NCBI GenBank assembly: GCA_965216875.1
Contig: OZ244207.1
Coordinates: 5,216,001-5,280,000, forward strand
Direction: 5' to 3'
Source of the DNA: Rubripirellula sp.
GTDB lineage: Bacteria; Planctomycetota; Planctomycetia; Pirellulales; Pirellulaceae
DNA length: 64,000 bases
The notes under the pieces: model-generated
What the model saw: the letters and a program-made list of their open reading frames with translations, nothing else
The model's database searches: none
What the model was told of the DNA's origin: nothing
Program-made: the position numbers and the translations under genes
Shown here: piece by piece, positions 1 to 9,993 of the stretch
Layout of the letters: every line of letters starts with the position of its first letter
Position numbering within the stretch: position 1 is the stretch's first letter

Positions 1-842
1 CAGTCATAGATCTTGCCATCCCAGCCAATCGACAAAAGTGATTTGCACATCACGCGCTCGGCTGCGACGGGATTGAAGTTGTCGGCAAGCAGCCGCATGT
101 AGTCATCAAGCTTTCCCTTCTTGAGCAAGTACCGAGCGTACCGTTTGATTGGGATGTTCGTGATGGCAAGCAAGTGATCGAATTCGATACCAAAGCGAGC
201 TCGCAATTCGCGGTGATAGTCGGCTTCGAGTTTGGCCTGGTCGGGTGGAAGCGATGGACCGGTCGGGTTAAAGACCAAATCGAGCCGCAAGTTAGTCTCT
301 CGTCCGTAGCCAAGTTCGTTCAGTTTCAAGAGCCCATCGATGCTGCGGCCAAAAACACCTTTGCCGCGTTGCCCATCGACGTTGTCTTCCAAATAGCAGG
401 GCAGGGAAGCGACCACATCGACTTGATGATCCGCCAGGAAGTTCGCGACCCACTCGTAACCTGGTTCGGACAGGATGGTCAAATTGCAGCGGTCGATGAT
501 TCGCAATCCGCGTTTCCGGAATGCTTCGACCAGTCGACGAAAATGAGGATTCATCTCGGGCGCGCCGCCTGTCAAATCGACGGTCGTCAACGTATCGCAC
601 GATTCAGAAAGTTCGAGGATGCGGTCCGCCGTTTTGGCGTCCATGTTTTCGCGTGTCTTTGTCGGTCCCGCTTCGACATGACAATGTGTGCACGTCTGAT
701 TGCAGAGCTTTCCAAGATTGATTTGCAGATCGGTCAGACTCGTTCGAACCAACGGGCCGCCTTGCCGAGTCACCCGAGATGCAAAAGCCTCGACCACCCC
801 AGTGGGCAGACCTGCGTCGATGACCGGCAACAATGAAGACAT
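1..842 (-). CDS. arsS: ArsS-family (rSAM/selenodomain, DUF3641) radical SAM protein; 3' end runs off the window
   Basis: Absent from the ORF track because it has no stop in the window. Manual translation from ATG at 842 gives MSSLLPVID...LQINLGKLCNQTCTHCHVEAGP...VDLTGGAPEMNPHFR...DRCNLTIL...VVASLPCYLEDNVDGQRGKGVF...VMCKSLLSIGWDGKIYD, with CxxxCxxC and ArsS-type motifs. Confidence 0.88.
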   Translation of the reverse strand, partial: MSSLLPVIDAGLPTGVVEAFASRVTRQGGPLVRTSLTDLQINLGKLCNQTCTHCHVEAGPTKTRENMDAKTADRILELSESCDTLTTVDLTGGAPEMNPHFRRLVEAFRKRGLRIIDRCNLTILSEPGYEWVANFLADHQVDVVASLPCYLEDNVDGQRGKGVFGRSIDGLLKLNELGYGRETNLRLDLVFNPTGPSLPPDQAKLEADYHRELRARFGIEFDHLLAITNIPIKRYARYLLKKGKLDDYMRLLADNFNPVAAERVMCKSLLSIGWDGKIYD

Positions 843-951
843 GAACTGGCAACCAAAGAAGTGGCTCGTGAACTGAAGACGACCGATTGTAACGCAATGG
901 AAATCCTCGCGGATGTGATGCCCAAATCGATCGCGTACCCGCCAGAGTTTT

Positions 952-1198
952 CGTGAGCCGAACGCCGTTTGTAGTACCGAGCTTTAGCCGGAATCTTCAC
1001 GCAATCCGCCCAAAGGCGGTACGACAGACTCGTTTTACCGCAGCTAGTGCTGCGGATTGCAATTGCGTTTCCATCAGCAGAAATCCTTGCCCAAGTTGAC
1101 ACAACTGAGCCGCGATCGCGTAAGCGGCCGGGCCTTGCTCGCCTTCACTCTAGCTCCGCGGTGGCAAGGGCCCGAGGCCTGACGGCCAGCGGCTCACG
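952..1198. repeat. REP-like palindrome cluster
   Basis: gtagtaccgagctttagccggaatc (971) recurs at 17052. 1105-1198 has the same arms as the element at 40136-40222, in reverse orientation. Confidence 0.8.
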
Positions 1199-1238
1199 CG
1201 CCCAAGACTGCGTTGACCACTCAGAAAGAGCGCGTCAA

Positions 1239-4200
1239 CTAAAACAGCACACCGGCGTAGCCCACCACCCGGTCACGATCGCCGGTGATGTCACCCGATG
1301 TGCAATAGGCGATTTTTTCGTACTCGGGAGTTTGCCCCAACTCGGCAAGGGTCATCAAGACAAGTGCTGCGGGAACACGACCGCACATGCTGATGCTCTG
1401 TTCGTCGCAAACGCGAAGTAGCGATTTAGGATCATTCTTTTCAACAAGCTCGAGCGCGATCGCGTCGCGGCGGCGATTCTCTTCGTCATCGGCAAAGTGA
1501 TTCATATCACTGCTGATCACTAACAGCGGTGGATCTTCGAGGCCGCGGATCCAATCGGCCATCGCTTTGGCAACCGGCACGAGTTCGGTGTAGCTTGCGT
1601 GGCCCATCGCGATTGCGGCGATCCGCGTTTGGGGCGCCAGACGATGCAGGATCGGCAATTGAACTTCAATCCCGTGTTCGGCTCGATGGGCGATCGCGTC
1701 CAGTTGCATACCGGGAATCTGGTCGGCAATTTGAGACGCCAAGTCGGCAGCGCCCTCGAGTTGCGTTGTCTCGGAAAGTTGCCAAACATCATGAGGCGCG
1801 ACTGCCCAATCGACGCCATCACGCGTGTGCTTTGGTCCGATGATCAACACGTTATTGGGAATCTCAATCCGTCGCCAAACATCGGCTGCCACTTTACCCG
1901 AAAACATCAAACCGGCATGCGGTACCATTGCGGCACGCACTTTTCGAGGCTTGATGTCTTCATCGTCAAGGAACTTATCAACGAGTTCTTCGCGTTGCTT
2001 GTCTCCAGCTGGATAGAAACGTCCGGCAACACCAGGGGAACGGGTCGACGTAACGGTCTCGCCACGTGGACCACTCGCCATTGCGATCTTTGAAACGTTA
2101 CAATCACAAACCGCCGAAAAGATTGGGGTCACTCCCCGATGAAACGGTTCGGCCTCGATCACGTTTTGCATCAACTCATTTGGCTCGCCCGATCGGTCGT
2201 ACTGGAACGACCACCGCGCACCATCCACAGCCAAGATCCCGCGGCGTTTGCAATCAAGCGAAGCCACATCCGCTTGAGCATCGACGCCATGTTGAACAAT
2301 GCTCGATAGGACGCCAATTCGCACTTGCCAATCGGCCACATGACCAACTCCGTTGAGTTCGGCCGCAATTCGCTGAGTCATGTGGTACAGCGTTGACTGA
2401 AGCGGTACACCATCGCGAATCGTGAATTGCATCAAACTCGATGGGCGTTGATTGGGATCAAAAGCCACTTGCAGCGCAATGCCGGGAACGGTCGCGTCCG
2501 CAACGCTGTTGGCATAAAACATCGGTGTCGCGCCAGTTTGAAAGGCAACGATGTTTTGATGAACCCAGCGACAGAGTTGTTCGATCTGGTCCGGTGCAAT
2601 CAAACCAACCTCTTGGATGTCATCCAAACGCACCAACTCGGCGAGCGATCGTCCGAAATCAACTCCATCAAAGACAGACACGTTAACGTTTTCGCCTCTC
2701 CATGTTGCTTCGCTGAGCCCTGCCTTGCGACACACGGCGTCTAGGAATTGACGACCATCCCAATCGCGTTCTCGAGCCACCGAGGGCAACAACAACCCAG
2801 CACGACCGTTGTGCTCGATGCGCAGTCCCTGTTTGCCGATTTCGACGGCGTTGATTCGATCATCTCCCTCGACCTCAATGGGACGTGCAGGACCAATCAT
2901 CGAAACGGACAAATGCAGATCCTTGAGTTCGACCGCCGACACCGGTGGCATCCGGGGATCATGAAGTGCCGTGCGCCCCGCCGAGTTGACCAGCGCATCC
3001 ACTAAACGGTACGCCTCACCCTGGACGCCACAACAGCCTCGTAACACCTCGCCTCGCTTTAACGTCACATAGACGCCGGCGATCGGGCGGTTTGCTGTGT
3101 CACCTAACAAATCATGAACGCCCGCTGGCTGGGTGCGAAAAACGGAACCACAAACAACACGAGCGGCCGCCTGCATGATGCGCTGTTGCTCATCCTCGCT
3201 GAATTCCAGCCGATTTTTCTTTACGTTTTCTTCCATGGTTCTTTCCTGGGCGTCGGTTGAATGCGACTCGCGGTCTCGGCGCGGCTGACTCTCGGTTGCT
3301 GAGTTGGCAGCCGGGGCAGGGCAGGGGGACTGGGAAACGGGTTCGATCCGAATGGGCTGTCGTCGTTGCCCCCAATTGCCAGGCGCCGCTTCAAAGTGTC
3401 CTGCAACTTCGAATTGGCAATGCCGGCAACGGTTCCCTTCCATTGCGTAGTGACCAATTTGGTGCCAGTCTCTCTCGATCAACAGCTGCCGACAAGACGG
3501 ACAATACGTGCTCTGCCGCGCAACGTCGTGGACATTGCCAACGTAGACATAGCGCAGTCCGGCTTGGTTGGCGATGTCGTAAGCTCGGATCAGTGTGTCG
3601 TGCGATGTCCGGGGGCGATCGGTCATTCGGAAATCGGGATGGAATGCCGTGAAGTGCACGGGCACGTCGCTTCCCACGGCCTCGAGAATCCAATCGACCA
3701 TCTTTCGAAGCTCGTCGTCGCCGTCGTTGGCGTCGGGAATGATCAGATTGGTGAGTTCCACCCAACAGGATGTCTCACGACAAACGTAGGCAATCGTGTC
3801 GAGCACGTTTTGGAGGTGGGCACCGGTCAGGCCAAAGTAGAACTCCTCACTAAACCCCTTCAGGTCGATGTTGGCGGCGTCCATCGAATCAAAGAACTCG
3901 CCGCGAGCTTGTTCGGTGATGTATCCGGCGGTCACAGCGACAGACTTGATTCCGACGGCTCGACAAGCCGCTGCGGTGTCGATCGCATACTCGGCCCAGA
4001 TCACCGGGTCGTTGTAAGTGAAGGCGACGCTCCGGCATCCCGATTTCTGTGCCGCAGCCGCGATCGCATCGGGAGTCGCCACGTTGCTCAGCCGTGCCAC
4101 CTCGCGACTTTTTGAGATATCCCAATTCTGGCAGAACTTGCAGCCAAGATTGCAACCAGCCGTTCCAAAACTCAGGATGGGCGTACCCGGCAAGAAATGG

Positions 4201-4436
4201 TTGAGCGGCTTCTTTTCGATCGGGTCAATGCAAAACCCTGTGCTGCGTCCATACGTATCGAGCACCATCTGTCCGTCGACGTTGGTGCGGACGAAACAAA
4301 AACCACGATCACCCGGCTTCAGACGGCAGGCACGTGGGCAGAGTGTGCAGAGGATGCGGCCGTCGTCTTCCTCGTGCCACCACCGTCCTAGAGCGTGCCC
4401 TTGGTCATCAAAATCGACGATCGGAAGAACACTCAT
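1239..4436 (-). CDS. amrS: AmmeMemoRadiSam fusion: radical SAM + AMMECR1 (protein A) + MEMO1 (protein B)
   Basis: Radical SAM part: CTLCPRAC, DPIEKKPL, GCNLGCKFCQNW, VAFTYNDP, then CPSC/CRHC. AMMECR1: GVYVTL..LRGCCG, GLLLPSVA. MEMO1: VAGRFYP, PHAG, EHGIEVQLP, SSDMNH, SMCG, VVGYAG. Start taken as MSVLP at 4436. Confidence 0.9.
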   Translation of the reverse strand: MSVLPIVDFDDQGHALGRWWHEEDDGRILCTLCPRACRLKPGDRGFCFVRTNVDGQMVLDTYGRSTGFCIDPIEKKPLNHFLPGTPILSFGTAGCNLGCKFCQNWDISKSREVARLSNVATPDAIAAAAQKSGCRSVAFTYNDPVIWAEYAIDTAAACRAVGIKSVAVTAGYITEQARGEFFDSMDAANIDLKGFSEEFYFGLTGAHLQNVLDTIAYVCRETSCWVELTNLIIPDANDGDDELRKMVDWILEAVGSDVPVHFTAFHPDFRMTDRPRTSHDTLIRAYDIANQAGLRYVYVGNVHDVARQSTYCPSCRQLLIERDWHQIGHYAMEGNRCRHCQFEVAGHFEAAPGNWGQRRQPIRIEPVSQSPCPAPAANSATESQPRRDRESHSTDAQERTMEENVKKNRLEFSEDEQQRIMQAAARVVCGSVFRTQPAGVHDLLGDTANRPIAGVYVTLKRGEVLRGCCGVQGEAYRLVDALVNSAGRTALHDPRMPPVSAVELKDLHLSVSMIGPARPIEVEGDDRINAVEIGKQGLRIEHNGRAGLLLPSVARERDWDGRQFLDAVCRKAGLSEATWRGENVNVSVFDGVDFGRSLAELVRLDDIQEVGLIAPDQIEQLCRWVHQNIVAFQTGATPMFYANSVADATVPGIALQVAFDPNQRPSSLMQFTIRDGVPLQSTLYHMTQRIAAELNGVGHVADWQVRIGVLSSIVQHGVDAQADVASLDCKRRGILAVDGARWSFQYDRSGEPNELMQNVIEAEPFHRGVTPIFSAVCDCNVSKIAMASGPRGETVTSTRSPGVAGRFYPAGDKQREELVDKFLDDEDIKPRKVRAAMVPHAGLMFSGKVAADVWRRIEIPNNVLIIGPKHTRDGVDWAVAPHDVWQLSETTQLEGAADLASQIADQIPGMQLDAIAHRAEHGIEVQLPILHRLAPQTRIAAIAMGHASYTELVPVAKAMADWIRGLEDPPLLVISSDMNHFADDEENRRRDAIALELVEKNDPKSLLRVCDEQSISMCGRVPAALVLMTLAELGQTPEYEKIAYCTSGDITGDRDRVVGYAGVLF

Positions 4437-4448
4437 CGCCTGTCCCTC

Positions 4449-4520
4449 ATCTGGCCCCGAAGCGTACGCGTGATCTGGCCCCAACGCGTACGCGTGATCT
4501 GGCCCCAACGCGCACGCGTG
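4449..4520. repeat. 24-bp tandem repeat x3 (atctggccccaacgcgtacgcgtg)
   Basis: Units at 4449, 4473 and 4497, with 1-3 mismatches to the middle copy and no spacers. Confidence 0.9.
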
Positions 4521-4717
4521 CCAATCCTAACCGGCCCAAACAACGCGGATAACTCCTGTAATCGGAATTTACGTATGGCGACTGGGCAGAGCACTTCAGT
4601 GGCGTCGTTGAATCGAGTTGCACATGACGACCATACTAGACCGATTGACGCCATTATCGGCACTGGTGCGCTGAGACAACAGTCGCATTGGTCTCAAAAT
4701 CCACGACGAGGCGGTCG

Positions 4718-6136
4718 GTGAGACACTTCATTACGTTCGTTCTACTGTTGCTTGTGATCGCGAAAGTCATCGCGGTCCTCGCCGGCGGACCGGTCGCACT
4801 TGAGTACGATTCGATGTCTTATTGGCGTCTCAGTTCGATCGTCATGTCGGGCGATGTGCTGCTGCTGAGCGATCCGATCGCTTATCGCACGCCGCTGTTT
4901 CCGTATTTCATCGCCATCATTCGCAGTCTTGCCGGGCCCTGGTCAATGGCGGCGATCGCGGCCTGTCAGGGTTTGATGTGGATTGCATCGATCTTGATCG
5001 CCAGTCGCATTGCGGCCAGGATGACCAAGCTTCCTTGGGCGATGCCGCTCACCCTGCTTGCATCCCTTCCCGCCGTTTCCGCACTCACCTTTTCGGCGGC
5101 CGTCCTTTCGGAATCATTGTTTGTCTTTTTCTTGATGTTGCATCTCCTTGCTGCGATGGACTACGCCAAGCACAGCAACAAGAAATCGGCGATCTGGTTT
5201 GCGATCACCTTTAGCCTCGCATTGCTGACTCGGCCGATCGTGATCTTGTTGTGGATCCCGCACTTGCTGTTCTTGCTTTGGATCCATATTCGACGACACG
5301 CGCGTTTGAAGAAAGATGGTTTGCAGTCAGCCGTCAAACTTCATCATCGCGTCGGCCACTTGATTCTTGCCGGGGCGATCGTTGTCACCATGGCAGCTCC
5401 CTGGCTGGCGCGCAACCATCACCTCTTTGGCAGTCCTTTCCTTACCGAGTTTGTGGGCCGCAACATTTGGATCGTCACCTTCCAAGAGGGCTCCGGAACA
5501 GGACTCGATATTCTTGAGACGCCCGAAGGAAACCAACTCAAGCGTCGACTGGCCAACGTCAGTGCCTCGGAAGATTGGCGAACCACATGGAAAGTCTCCG
5601 ACGCGTTGGTCAAGTCGGGACTCGATGACGCGCAAGCTGACCGGTTAATGAAGACGGTCTCGATCCAAGCCATTGAGGCCAACCAAGAAGCCTTCGGCGA
5701 AAAAGCGTTTCGGCGGATCGTCAACTATTGGCGGTGTGCGGCCACCGATCTCCCAATCCAATTGACCACGGGCGACTATCAAGACCAACAGACTTGGGGC
5801 TGGGTGATGCCGCCGATCGAAATGGCGATCGAACATCGAGCGAGCCAACTTGTCTGGGCCAACACGCTACTTGCGGCCGTACTCGGACTTTCAGTGCTCG
5901 TCCTGTTGGTCAACGGCCCCACCCGACCTTACGGTCTTTGGCTGCTGTTGATCTTCAGCTACTTTGCCGTCGTCACGGGAACATTAGAAATCCCAGACTA
6001 TCGATATCGAATTATCGTCGAGCCGCTAATCTCACTTTCCATTGGTGCGGCTGCGGCTGTGCTCCTGTCACGCCGCAGCAAGCCGGCCAAAACGATCAAA
6101 TCAAGTAAACAAACCACGCCGGAGCCTGCTAAATGA
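4718..6136 (+). CDS. GT-C fold (ArnT/GT39-like) membrane glycosyltransferase
   Basis: Multi-TM protein with YDSMSY, YRTPLFPYF, LSESLF, LTRP, PWLARN and RY motifs. GTG start at 4718 assumed. Confidence 0.65.
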   Translation: MRHFITFVLLLLVIAKVIAVLAGGPVALEYDSMSYWRLSSIVMSGDVLLLSDPIAYRTPLFPYFIAIIRSLAGPWSMAAIAACQGLMWIASILIASRIAARMTKLPWAMPLTLLASLPAVSALTFSAAVLSESLFVFFLMLHLLAAMDYAKHSNKKSAIWFAITFSLALLTRPIVILLWIPHLLFLLWIHIRRHARLKKDGLQSAVKLHHRVGHLILAGAIVVTMAAPWLARNHHLFGSPFLTEFVGRNIWIVTFQEGSGTGLDILETPEGNQLKRRLANVSASEDWRTTWKVSDALVKSGLDDAQADRLMKTVSIQAIEANQEAFGEKAFRRIVNYWRCAATDLPIQLTTGDYQDQQTWGWVMPPIEMAIEHRASQLVWANTLLAAVLGLSVLVLLVNGPTRPYGLWLLLIFSYFAVVTGTLEIPDYRYRIIVEPLISLSIGAAAAVLLSRRSKPAKTIKSSKQTTPEPAK

Positions 6137-7335
6137 GCGATGACGATCTTGAATTGTCGGTCGTCATGCCTTGCTTGAACGAAGCCGACACCGTTGGAAT
6201 CTGTGTCGAGAAAGCGATACGTGCCATGCGCGAGGCAGAGATCCAAGGCGAGGTTGTTCTCGCCGACAACGGCAGCACGGACGACTCGAAAAAGATTGCC
6301 GAATCTCTTGGTGCTCGTACCATCGATGTCACCGAGCGTGGTTATGGCGCTGCGTTGATGCATGGCATCGAATCCAGCAAAGGCAAGTTTGTCATCATGG
6401 GCGATGCCGATGACAGCTACGATTTCTTGGAGATTCCCAAGTTTGTCGATCGGCTCCGCGAAGAATTTGACTTGGTTCAAGGATGCCGTTTGCCACGCGG
6501 TGGCGGTCGTGTGATGCCCGGTGCGATGCCCTTTCTTCATCGCTGGATCGGCAACCCGATGCTGTCGTGGCTCGTGCGACAAATGTTCCGTATTCCCATC
6601 AACGATGTCTACTGCGGGATGCGTGGGTTTCGACGCGAGCACTACGATCGGCTTGACATGCGATCACCTGGAATGGAATTCGCGACCGAAATGATCATCA
6701 AGAGTGGCCTGTACGGCGCGACGATGTCGCAGGTTCCTATCACGCTGCACCCCGATGGCCGTAAGGTTCATGGGCCACACCTGCGTACGTTTCGCGATGG
6801 CTGGCGCACGTTGCGTCTGTTCTTGGTATTCAGTCCGAAGTGGACCTTTTTCATTCCCGGATTGGTTTTGATCGCGCTTGCCGCGCTCGGTTACTTGCTC
6901 GCGATCCCGCAAGTTGCGATCTTCGGCGCGGCGCTCGACGTACACACCTTGCTGATTGCGAGTCTCGCCGGACTGATGGGCTGGCAATGCATTTTGCTCG
7001 CCACGCTGGCGCGCATTTTCGCCGGACGCGAGGGGATGATGCCGCCGCATGAAAAACTCGAGAAGCTGACAGTCGAAAAAGGGCTCATCTTCGGTTCTGC
7101 TGCCGCCGTCATTGGCGTTGGACTCGTCGCTGCAGTCGTCTACCAGTGGTGGCAAACGGACTTTGGTCGGCTCGACTATCCCGTCACCATGCGTTTGGTC
7201 GTCCCAGGCGTGACCTTGGTCGCGATCGGTTTCCAAACGTCGATGGCTGCGCTGATGGCAGGTGTCCTCAAAATGCACCGTCGGACTCGGCAAACCAATC
7301 CGATCGAATCTGCATCCGAGGCGGCTACCGAATGA
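6133..7335 (+). CDS. GT2 glycosyltransferase (polyprenol-phosphate sugar synthase-like) with C-terminal TM helices
   Basis: SVVMPCLNEA, DNGSTD, GYGAAL, MGDADDSYD, DVYCGMRGF, LRTFRDGWR. ATGA overlap with the upstream gene. Confidence 0.9.
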   Translation: MSDDDLELSVVMPCLNEADTVGICVEKAIRAMREAEIQGEVVLADNGSTDDSKKIAESLGARTIDVTERGYGAALMHGIESSKGKFVIMGDADDSYDFLEIPKFVDRLREEFDLVQGCRLPRGGGRVMPGAMPFLHRWIGNPMLSWLVRQMFRIPINDVYCGMRGFRREHYDRLDMRSPGMEFATEMIIKSGLYGATMSQVPITLHPDGRKVHGPHLRTFRDGWRTLRLFLVFSPKWTFFIPGLVLIALAALGYLLAIPQVAIFGAALDVHTLLIASLAGLMGWQCILLATLARIFAGREGMMPPHEKLEKLTVEKGLIFGSAAAVIGVGLVAAVVYQWWQTDFGRLDYPVTMRLVVPGVTLVAIGFQTSMAALMAGVLKMHRRTRQTNPIESASEAATE

Positions 7336-7940
7336 CCATTTCGTGGTTGCACCAAAGGTATGTCCATCAACGCCGCATCGAAGTCCTCGCGTCGCACCTT
7401 GGAGACATGCTTGTCGAAAACGCTCGTGTCTTGGATGTTGGTTGCGGTGACGGACAACTCGCGTCCATACTTTCAAACAAACGTCCGGACATTCACATTC
7501 GCGGGATTGATGTGCTGGTTCGTGAGCAAACTGCGATCCCCGTCGAACCGTTTGACGGCCAAACGATTCCTGCCCAAGACGATGCATTTGACGCAGTCGT
7601 CTTTGTCGATGTCCTACATCACACGGACGATCCTCAACCACTGCTAGCCGAGGCGAAACGTGTCTCCAAGCAACAGATCCTGCTGAAAGACCACTACCGC
7701 AACGGCATCGCTGCGCAGCAAACCTTGGCCTTTATGGACAACGTAGGCAACAAGCGACATGGCGTTGAAATCCCCTGCAACTACCTGTCGCGATCGGAAT
7801 GGGACGAACTGTTCGACGCGCTGGAGCTAACAGTGAACGCCTGCCGCGAAAAATTAGGGCTTTATCCGCCACCACTTAGCTGGGCTTTCGAACGGGGACT
7901 CCACTTCATCGCCGCACTCTCCAGCAAACCACAAAACTGA
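7332..7940 (+). CDS. Class I SAM-dependent methyltransferase
   Basis: VLDVGCGDG motif I and DVLHH. ATG at 7332 overlaps the GT2 stop. Confidence 0.85.
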   Translation: MTISWLHQRYVHQRRIEVLASHLGDMLVENARVLDVGCGDGQLASILSNKRPDIHIRGIDVLVREQTAIPVEPFDGQTIPAQDDAFDAVVFVDVLHHTDDPQPLLAEAKRVSKQQILLKDHYRNGIAAQQTLAFMDNVGNKRHGVEIPCNYLSRSEWDELFDALELTVNACREKLGLYPPPLSWAFERGLHFIAALSSKPQN

Positions 7941-8647
7941 TGTCCAACGCGAACGCCACTCCAAACATTGTTCGGCACATCGATGCGGGCGAAGTCTGCT
8001 GCGATCCCCAGTGGGAAGATGCGTATCGACGTTTTGAAACGGCCGAGGAAGAGATCGCAAAGTTCGTTTCACGACTAAAGCGATTCGGATTCGAAAGGCT
8101 TCCCAAAGAGGCACCAACGGTCGAACTTTTTTGCGGTCGTGGCGGCGGGTTGGTCGCCTTGGAAAGACTAGGATTTCAAAACATTGCGGGTGTCGATCTT
8201 TCCGACACGCTTCTTGCCCAGTACCGCGGCCCAGCCCAATTGCATCTTGCCGATTGCCGCGAACTTCCGTTTGAGGACGACGCATGGGAGATTGCGATTG
8301 TCCAAGGAGGACTGCATCACTTGCCGACGCTACCCGATGACCTTGACAAGGTACTGTCGGAAGTGCGCCGAGTTTTGAAACCAACCGGTACGTTTTACGT
8401 CGTCGAACCTTGGCTGACTCCGTTTCTTCGTTTCGTGCATGCCGTGGTCAGCCAGCCAATGGTTCGCAAAGTCTATGCCAAAGGCGATGCGTTGGCGGCC
8501 ATGATTGACCACGAGCGTGAAACGTACGAACAATGGCTCGCTCAACCCGACGTTTTACTGAAAGTGTTCCACCAACACTTTGAACCATCGGTGCAACAAA
8601 CCTCGTGGGGAAAACTGGTCTTTGCCGGAGTTCCGCGCGGCGGTTGA
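7940..8647 (+). CDS. Class I SAM-dependent methyltransferase
   Basis: VELFCGRGG, GVDLS, ADCRELPF, GGLHH, EVRRVLKPTG. Confidence 0.85.
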   Translation: MSNANATPNIVRHIDAGEVCCDPQWEDAYRRFETAEEEIAKFVSRLKRFGFERLPKEAPTVELFCGRGGGLVALERLGFQNIAGVDLSDTLLAQYRGPAQLHLADCRELPFEDDAWEIAIVQGGLHHLPTLPDDLDKVLSEVRRVLKPTGTFYVVEPWLTPFLRFVHAVVSQPMVRKVYAKGDALAAMIDHERETYEQWLAQPDVLLKVFHQHFEPSVQQTSWGKLVFAGVPRGG

Positions 8648-8652
8648 AAACC

Positions 8653-8735
8653 GTAGTGGATATGGCAAGGAGTGCGTTCAGGGACTCGTGGCCTCGTCCA
8701 CTACAGGGCCTGGGACTCGTAGCCTCGTCCACTAC
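8653..8735. repeat. REP-like cluster (GTAGTGGACGAGGC family) between convergent genes
   Basis: One degenerate forward copy (gtagtggatatggcaaggagt) followed by two reverse copies gggactcgtRgcctcgtccactac. Confidence 0.75.
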
Positions 8736-8744
8736 GTTGTGTCC

Positions 8745-9845
8745 CTAGGGTTCTTGATGTGGCAAGTCGAAGGCTTTCGCGACGGCGGCGTTGGTCACTT
8801 TTCCGCGATGCACATTGATCGCATCGCGAAGCGGGCCCGAAGCCTCGATGGAACCGTCGACACCAATGTCGGCCAGTCGCATCACCCAGGGAAGTGTCGC
8901 ATTGCAAAGGGCAAACGTGCTCGTCCGGCCAACCGCTCCGGGCATGTTGGCGACACAGTAGTGGACCACTTCATCGACGATGTAAGTCGGGTCACTATGC
9001 GTGGTCGGTCGGCTTGTCTCAATACACCCTCCTTGGTCGACGGCAACATCGATCACAACGCTACCGTGCTTCATCAGCCGCAGGTCTTCTTTGCGAACAA
9101 GTTGCGGTGCCTTTCCACCTGGAATCAAAACGGATCCAACCACAAGGTCGGCTCGCTGGATCTGTTCCAACACCGTGTGTCGGTCACAGTAAAGCATGTT
9201 CACATTGGCCGGCATGATATCGTCGAGATACCGCAAGCGATCAAGATTGACGTCAAGGATCGCGACGTCCGCTTGAAAACCAGCGGCAATCTTTGCAGCA
9301 TTTGCCCCCACGACGCCGCCGCCAAGAATCGTGATGTGTGCTGGGGGCACACCCGGGACGCCTCCGAGTAGAATCCCACGCCCCATCTGTGGCTTCTCGA
9401 GAAACTTCGCACCCTCCTGAATGCTCATCCGCCCCGCCACTTCGCTCATCGGCGTCAGTAGCGGTAGCCGTCCTCGATCGTCTCGAAGTGTTTCATAAGC
9501 AAAGCATGAAGCACCGCTTTCAATCATCGCGGTAGTCAAATTCAAGCTCGCGGCAAAGTGAAAGTAGGTGAAGACAATCTGACCGGGTCGAATCAGCGCG
9601 TACTCTTCCTCTTGCGGCTCTTTGACTTTGACGATCATGTCCGCCCGAGCGAACACGTCTTCGGCCGAGGCGGACAATTCTGCACCAGCCCGGAGGTACT
9701 CGTGATCAGGCAACCCCGACCCCAGGCCGGCCCCCGATTGGACCAACAGCGTGTGTCCACGACTAACCAACTCTTCGACACCAACGGGCAACATCGCGAC
9801 GCGGTATTCGTCTGTCTTCACCTCGGTCGGCACACCAATGATCAT
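8745..9845 (-). CDS. ald: Alanine dehydrogenase
   Basis: MIIGVPTEVKTDEYRV, KVKEP, FTYFHFAA, LLTPMSEVAGR, GGGVVG, DVAVDQGGC, YCVANMPGAV. Confidence 0.96.
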   Translation of the reverse strand: MIIGVPTEVKTDEYRVAMLPVGVEELVSRGHTLLVQSGAGLGSGLPDHEYLRAGAELSASAEDVFARADMIVKVKEPQEEEYALIRPGQIVFTYFHFAASLNLTTAMIESGASCFAYETLRDDRGRLPLLTPMSEVAGRMSIQEGAKFLEKPQMGRGILLGGVPGVPPAHITILGGGVVGANAAKIAAGFQADVAILDVNLDRLRYLDDIMPANVNMLYCDRHTVLEQIQRADLVVGSVLIPGGKAPQLVRKEDLRLMKHGSVVIDVAVDQGGCIETSRPTTHSDPTYIVDEVVHYCVANMPGAVGRTSTFALCNATLPWVMRLADIGVDGSIEASGPLRDAINVHRGKVTNAAVAKAFDLPHQEP

Positions 9846-9993
9846 CTTTTTTCGTCCCTCGATTCAGTCTCAAAAACGCGGCTGTCACGATGCGCACCAG
9901 AAAGCGTGTTCCGGTCAGCGAAGCATGCAAAAGTTGAGCGAAGTTTATGGTATACGATTCGCCCGAACGGCGAACAAATCGGAGACTTCGCCT

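Noticed and set aside
174..836. 220-aa plus-strand ORF
   Set aside because: Antisense shadow of the arsS-like gene, which has clear radical SAM motifs on the minus strand.
4449..4520. Possible mini-CRISPR array
   Set aside because: The units are contiguous with no spacers, and there are no cas genes.
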